Shown here: one piece after another, positions 58,301 to 64,000 of the stretch
Position numbering within the stretch: the stretch's first letter is position 1
How the letters are laid out: each line of letters opens with the position of its first letter
From: the human T2T-CHM13v2.0 reference genome, Homo sapiens
Strand: one strand, 5' to 3'
Assembly (NCBI RefSeq): GCF_009914755.1
Contig: NC_060948.1
DNA length: 64,000 bases
Program-made: the position numbers and the translations under genes
The notes under the pieces: generated by a model
The model's input: only the letters and a program-made list of their open reading frames with translations
What the model was told of the DNA's origin: nothing
The model's database searches: none

Positions 58301-61300
58301 AATAGAATCGAACTAAATCGAATGGAATGGAATTGATAGGAACGGAATGGAAAGGAATGCAATGATTTGGCATGGAATGGAATCGAATGGCATCGAATGG
58401 AATGGAATGGAATGCAATGGAATGGAATGTATTAGAATGTAATGAACTTTAATGGAATGTACTCGAATGGATTCGACTGGAATGGAATGTTCTGGAAGTG
58501 AATGGACTCCAATGGAATGGATTCCAAAGGAATGGAATCGTACGGAATGGAATTAAATGGAAATGAATCAAATTGAATAGCACGGAATTGAATTGAATGG
58601 AATGGAATGCAATGGAATCTAATGAAACGGAAAGGAAAGGAATGGAATGGAATGGAATGGGCTGGAATGGAAAGGAATCGAAACGAATGGAATGGAATCG
58701 AACTGAAGAGACTGGAATGGAATGCACTGGAATGGAAGGGAGTGTAATGGAAGGTTCTCGAAAAAAATGGAATCGAATGGAATGGAATTGAATGGAACGG
58801 AATAGAGTCGAATGGAATTGAATGGAATGGAATGGACTAGAGTGAAATGGAATCGAACCACAAGGAATGGACAGGAATAGAATGGTCTCGAATTGAATGG
58901 AATCGTATGGAATGGCATCAAACGGAATGGAATGGACAGCCACGGAATGGAATGCACTCGAATGCAATGGAGTCGAAACTAATGGACTGGAATAGAATGG
59001 ACTCGACTGGTACGGACTCCAATGGAATGGAATCGAATGGAAGGGAATCGAACGGAATGGACTCGAAGGGAAAAGACTGCAATGGAAAGGTCTCGAATGG
59101 AATGGAAATTAATGGAATGGAATGGAATCGAATGAAATGGAGTCAAAAGGAATGGAATCGAATGGCAAGAAATCGAATGTAATGGAATCGCAAGGAATTG
59201 ATGTGAACGGAACGGAATGGAATGGAATCCAAAGGAATGGAATAGAATGGAATGGAATCGAATGGAAAGGACTCGAATGGAAATCACTCGAATAGAATGC
59301 AATTTAATAAAATAGGATCAAATGTAATGGAATGGAATGGAAAGGAATCGAAACGAAAGGAATGGAGACAGATGGAATGGAATGGAACAGAGAGCAATGG
59401 TATAGAATGGAATGGAATCATCTGGAATGGAATTGAATGGAATGGAATAATATGAAATGGAATGGAATGGAATGGAATGGAATGCCCTTGAATTAAATGG
59501 ACTGGAATGGAATGGACTCGAACAGAGTGGAATGGAAAGTGTTGAGATAGAATGGAATGGACTCCTTTGGAATGGTGTAGTATGCAATGCAATCGACTGG
59601 CAGGGAATCAAAAGGAATGTAATGGAATGGACTGGACTGGAATGCAATGGACTCGAATAGATTGGAAACGGAATGCAAAGGAATGGAATGGAATAGTATG
59701 GAATGGAATGGAAAGGAATGGAGTGGAATAGAATAGAGTGGAATGGAATGGACTGGAAAGCAATGGACTGGAATGGAACTTTCTTGAATGGACTGGAATC
59801 AAACGGAATGGAATGCAATGCAATCAAATGGCATGGAATAAAATAGAATGAAAGAGAATCAAATGGAATTGAATCGAATGGATTGGAAAGGAATAGAATG
59901 GAATGGAATGGAATGGACTCAAATGGAATGGACTAGAATGGAATGGATTCGAATGGAAGGCAAAGGAATGGAATCTATTGGAATGGACTGTAATGGAATG
60001 GAATGGAAGGGATTGGAATGGACTCGAATGGAATGGACTGCAATAGAAAGGATTCGAATGGAATGAAAAAGAATTGAATGGAATAGAACAGAATGGAATC
60101 AAATCGAATGAAATGGAATGGAATAGAAAGGAATGGAATGAAATGGAATGGAAAGGATTCGAATGGAATGCAATCGAATGGAATGGAATCGAACGGAATG
60201 GAATAAAATGGAAGAAAACTGGCAAGAAATGGAATCGAAATGAATGGAGTGTTATGGAACGGACTCAAAAGGAATTGAATGTAATAGAATGGAGTGGAGT
60301 GGACTCGAATATAATGGACTGGAATGGAATGAAATCACATGGAATGGGAACGAATGGAATGGAAAGGAATGGAATCGAATGGAAAGGAATCGAATGGAAG
60401 GGAATGAAATTGAATCAACAGGAATGGAAGGGAATAGAATAGACGGTAATGGAATGGACTCGAATAGAATGGACACGAATGCTCAAATTGAATGGACTCG
60501 AATGGAATGGAAACGAAAGGAATGTCATCGAATGGAATTGAATCGATTGGAATGAAATCGCATAGAATGGAGTGGAATCAAATGGAATTGAATCGAAAGG
60601 AAAGGAAGCGAATGGACTGAAATGAAATGGAATGGAATTGAATGGAAAGTAATGCAATGGAATAGAATGGAACGAAATTTCACGGAATGGAATCAAACTG
60701 AATGGAATCAAATCAATGGAATCAAATCAAATGGAATGGAAAGGAATTGAATGGAGTAGATTGGATTGGATGGGATTGGAATGAAATGTACTGGAAAGGA
60801 CTCGAGTTTCATGAAACGGAATGGAATGAATTGGAACGGAATGGACTCGAATGGAATGGAATGTCATGGAATGGCATCAAATGGAATGGCATCAAATGGA
60901 ATGGAATCGAATGCAATGGAATGCTATGGAATGGAATGGAATGCATTGGAATGGAATGTCCTCTAATGGAATGGATTCGAGTGGAATGGAATCGAATATA
61001 ATGGAGTCGAATGAAATGGAATTGAAAGGAATGGGATCGAATAGAATGGAATATACTGGAATGTAATGTAATGAACTCGAATGTAATTGACTGGAATGGA
61101 ATGTACATGAATGGAATGTAATCGAATGGAAAGTAATCCAATGGAATAGAATCTAATGCAATAAAACCGACTCAGATAGAGTAGAATGTAATGGAATGGA
61201 GTGCAGTGCAATGGAAGGGAATGGAATTGAATGCAATAGAATGGAATGGAATGGAATGGAATGGAATGGAATGGAATGGGATGGAATGGTATGGAATGGA

Positions 61301-64000
61301 TAGTAATGGACTGGAGTGAAATGGACTGGAAAGGAATGGACTCAAATTGAAAGGGCTCGAAAGGAATGGAGTCAAATGGAATGGTCTGGAATGGAATGAA
61401 CACGAATGTAATGCAATCCAATAGAATGGAATCGAATGGCATGGAATATAAAGAAATGGAATCGAAGAGAATGGAAACAAATGGAATGGAATTGAATGGA
61501 ATGGAATTGAATGGAATGGGAACGAATGGAGTGAAATTGTATGCAGTAGAAGGGAATAGAATGGAATGCAAGCGAAAGGAAAGGAATGGATTGGAATGGA
61601 ATGGAATTCATTGGAATGGAAGGGAATGTAGTGTAATGGACAGGCCTGGAATAAAGTGGAATGCTACGGTCTCGAATGGAATAAAAATATATGGAATGGA
61701 ATGCAATGAAACGGAATCGAATGTCATAGAATGTAATGGAATGCAAAAAAATGGAATCCAAAATCATTGACTGGAAAGGCTGGGTGTCGAAAGGAATTGA
61801 CTCCAATGGAATGGAATCGAATGGAATGGAAGTGAATAGAATCGAACTAAATCGAATGGAATGGAATTGATAGGAACGGAATGGAAAGGAATGCAATGAT
61901 TTGGCATGGAATGGAATCGAATGGCATCGAATGGAATGGAATGGAATGCAATGGAATGGAATGTATTAGAATGTAATGAACTTTAATGGAATGTACTCGA
62001 ATGGATTCGACTGGAATGGAATGTTCTGGAAGTGAATGGACTCCAATGGAATGGATTCCAAAGGAATGGAATCGTACGGAATGGAATTAAATGGAAATGA
62101 ATCAAATTGAATAGCACGGAATTGAATTGAATGGAATGGAATGCAATGGAATCTAATGAAACGGAAAGGAAAGGAATGGAATGGAATGGAATGGGCTGGA
62201 ATGGAAAGGAATCGAAACGAATGGAATGGAATCGAACTGAAGAGACTGGAATGGAATGCACTGGAATGGAAGGGAGTGTAATGGAAGGTTCTCGAAAAAA
62301 ATGGAATCGAATGGAATGGAATTGAATGGAATGGAATAGAGTCGAATGGAATTGAATGGAATGGAATGGACTAGAGTGAAATGGAATCGAACCACAAGGA
62401 ATGGACAGGAATAGAATGGTCTCGAATTGAATGGAATCGTATGGAATGGCATCAAACGGAATGGAATGGACAGCCACGGAATGGAATGCACTCGAATGCA
62501 ATGGAGTCGAAACTAATGGACTGGAATAGAATGGACTCGACTGGTACGGACTCCAATGGAATGGAATCGAATGGAAGGGAATCGAACGGAATGGACTCGA
62601 AGGGAAAAGACTGCAATGGAAAGGTCTCGAATGGAATGGAAATTAATGGAATGGAATGGAATCGAATGAAATGGAGTCAAAAGGAATGGAATCGAATGGC
62701 AAGAAATCGAATGTAATGGAATCGCAAGGAATTGATGTGAACGGAACGGAATGGAATGGAATCCAAAGGAATGGAATAGAATGGAATGGAATCGAATGGA
62801 AATGACTCGAATGGAAATCACTCGAATAGAATGCAATTTAATAAAATAGGATCAAATGTAATGGAATGGAATGGAAAGGAATCGAAACGAAAGGAATGGA
62901 GACAGATGGAATGGAATGGAACAGAGAGCAATGGTATAGAATGGAATGGAATCATCTGGAATGGAATTGAATGGAATGGAATAATATGAAATGGAATGGA
63001 ATGGAATGGAATGGAATGCCCTTGAATTAAATGGACTGGAATGGAATGGACTCGAACAGAGTGGAATGGAAAGTGTTGAGATAGAATGGAATGGACTCCT
63101 TTGGAATGGTGTAGTATGCAATGCAATCGACTGGCAGGGAATCAAAAGGAATGTAATGGAATGGACTGGACTGGAATGCAATGGACTCGAATAGATTGGA
63201 AACGGAATGCAAAGGAATGGAATGGAATAGTATGGAATGGAATGGAAAGGAATGGAGTGGAATAGAATAGAGTGGAATGGAATGGACTGGAAAGCAATGG
63301 ACTGGAATGGAACTTTCTTGAATGGACTGGAATCAAACGGAATGGAATGCAATGCAATCAAATGGCATGGAATAAAATAGAATGAAAGAGAATCAAATGG
63401 AATTGAATCGAATGGAATCGAATGGATTGGAAAGGAATAGAATGCAATGGAATGGAATGGACTCAAATGGAATGGACTAGAATGGAATGGATTCGAATGG
63501 AAGGCAAAGGAATGGAATCTATTGGAATGGACTGTAATGGAATGGAATGGAAGGGATTGGAATGGACTCGAATGGAATGGACTGCAATAGAAAGGATTCG
63601 AATGGAATGAAAAAGAATTGAATGGAATAGAACAGAATGGAATCAAATCGAATGAAATGGAATGGAATAGAAAGGAATGGAATGAAATGGAATGGAAAGG
63701 ATTCGAATGGAATGCAATCGAATGGAATGGAATCGACCGGAATGGAATAAAATGGAAGAAAACTGGCAAGAAATGGAATCGAAATTAATGGAGTGTTATG
63801 GAACGGACTCAAAAGGAATTGAATGTAATAGAATGGAGTGGAGTGGACTCGAATATAATGGACTGGAATGGAATGAAATCACATGGAATGGGAACGAATG
63901 GAATGGAAAGGAATGGAATCGAATGGAAAGGAATCGAATGGAAGGGAATGCAATTGAATCAACAGGAATGGAAGGGAATAGAATAGACGGTAATGGAATG

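Larger units (their letters stand above)
40500..58600 (+). repeat. Higher-order block B (second copy of block A, lacking one unit), boundaries approximate
   Basis: Matches block A at offset ~23.5 kb up to ~52.4 kb, then at ~19.93 kb (gtagcatgt 34141/54082, tggcaatcac 35796/55722, gaaggtaatc 37647/57573). Confidence 0.75.
1..64000 (+). repeat. DYZ1: Human satellite III array (DYZ1-like, ~3.55 kb macro-unit of diverged GGAAT pentamers)
   Basis: Seen: GGAAT and variants (CGAAT, GGACT, TGAAT, GCAAT, AGAAT) throughout, purine-rich strand always +. AGGCCT landmarks at 497, 4036, 7585, 11139, 14688, 18247, 21801, 25380, 27441, 31034, 34608, 38182, 41741, 45295, 48894, 50955, 54534, 58108, 61642. 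Spacings are 3539, 3549, 3554, 3549, 3559, 3554, 3579, 2061, 3593, 3574, 3574, 3559, 3554, 3599, 2061, 3579, 3574, 3534. GAATTC lies 38 bp upstream of the landmark (e.g. 459-464). Established: DYZ1 is a ~3.5 kb HaeIII/EcoRI TTCCA-based satellite III unit of Yq12. Confidence 0.95.

Noticed and set aside
46-63986. Hundreds of ORFs (MEWNG- and FHSIP-repeat peptides, up to 310 aa)
   Set aside because: Pure GGAAT/ATTCC has no stop codon in any frame, so such ORFs are expected. They overlap in all frames, show no recognisable domains, and are broken or re-framed by 5-bp indels between units.
1-64000. CRISPR-like or other prokaryotic system
   Set aside because: There are no repeats with unique spacers and no cas-like or other real genes; all sequence is derived from the pentamer.
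1-64000. HSATII, DYZ2, Alu/L1 insertion or inversion
   Set aside because: I saw no GAATCATC-rich HSATII pattern, no AT-rich/Alu-containing 2.4-kb unit, no non-pentamer insert and no strand switch. The 2061-bp units are deletion derivatives of the main unit.

Overview
The whole 64 kb is one uninterrupted, single-orientation array of diverged (GGAAT)n pentamer satellite, organised as a ~3.55 kb tandem macro-unit. The pentamer, the unit length and one HaeIII/StuI site (AGGCCT) plus one EcoRI site per unit match human satellite III of the DYZ1 type (Yq12 heterochromatin). That assignment comes from recalled family properties, not a database search. There are 19 StuI landmarks defining 18 complete units: 16 full-length (3534-3599 bp) and two with the same 2061-bp truncation. 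All ORFs in the track are artefacts of translating the pentamer. I see no genes, RNA genes, transposons or CRISPR arrays, and no new protein-based system. The notable structure is (1) a ~23.5 kb higher-order duplication marked by the shared 1.5-kb deletion and private SNVs, whose second copy lacks one unit, (2) three perfect heat-shock elements per unit, (3) indels that almost always keep the pentamer register, and (4) local mutation clusters and mosaic variant sharing.
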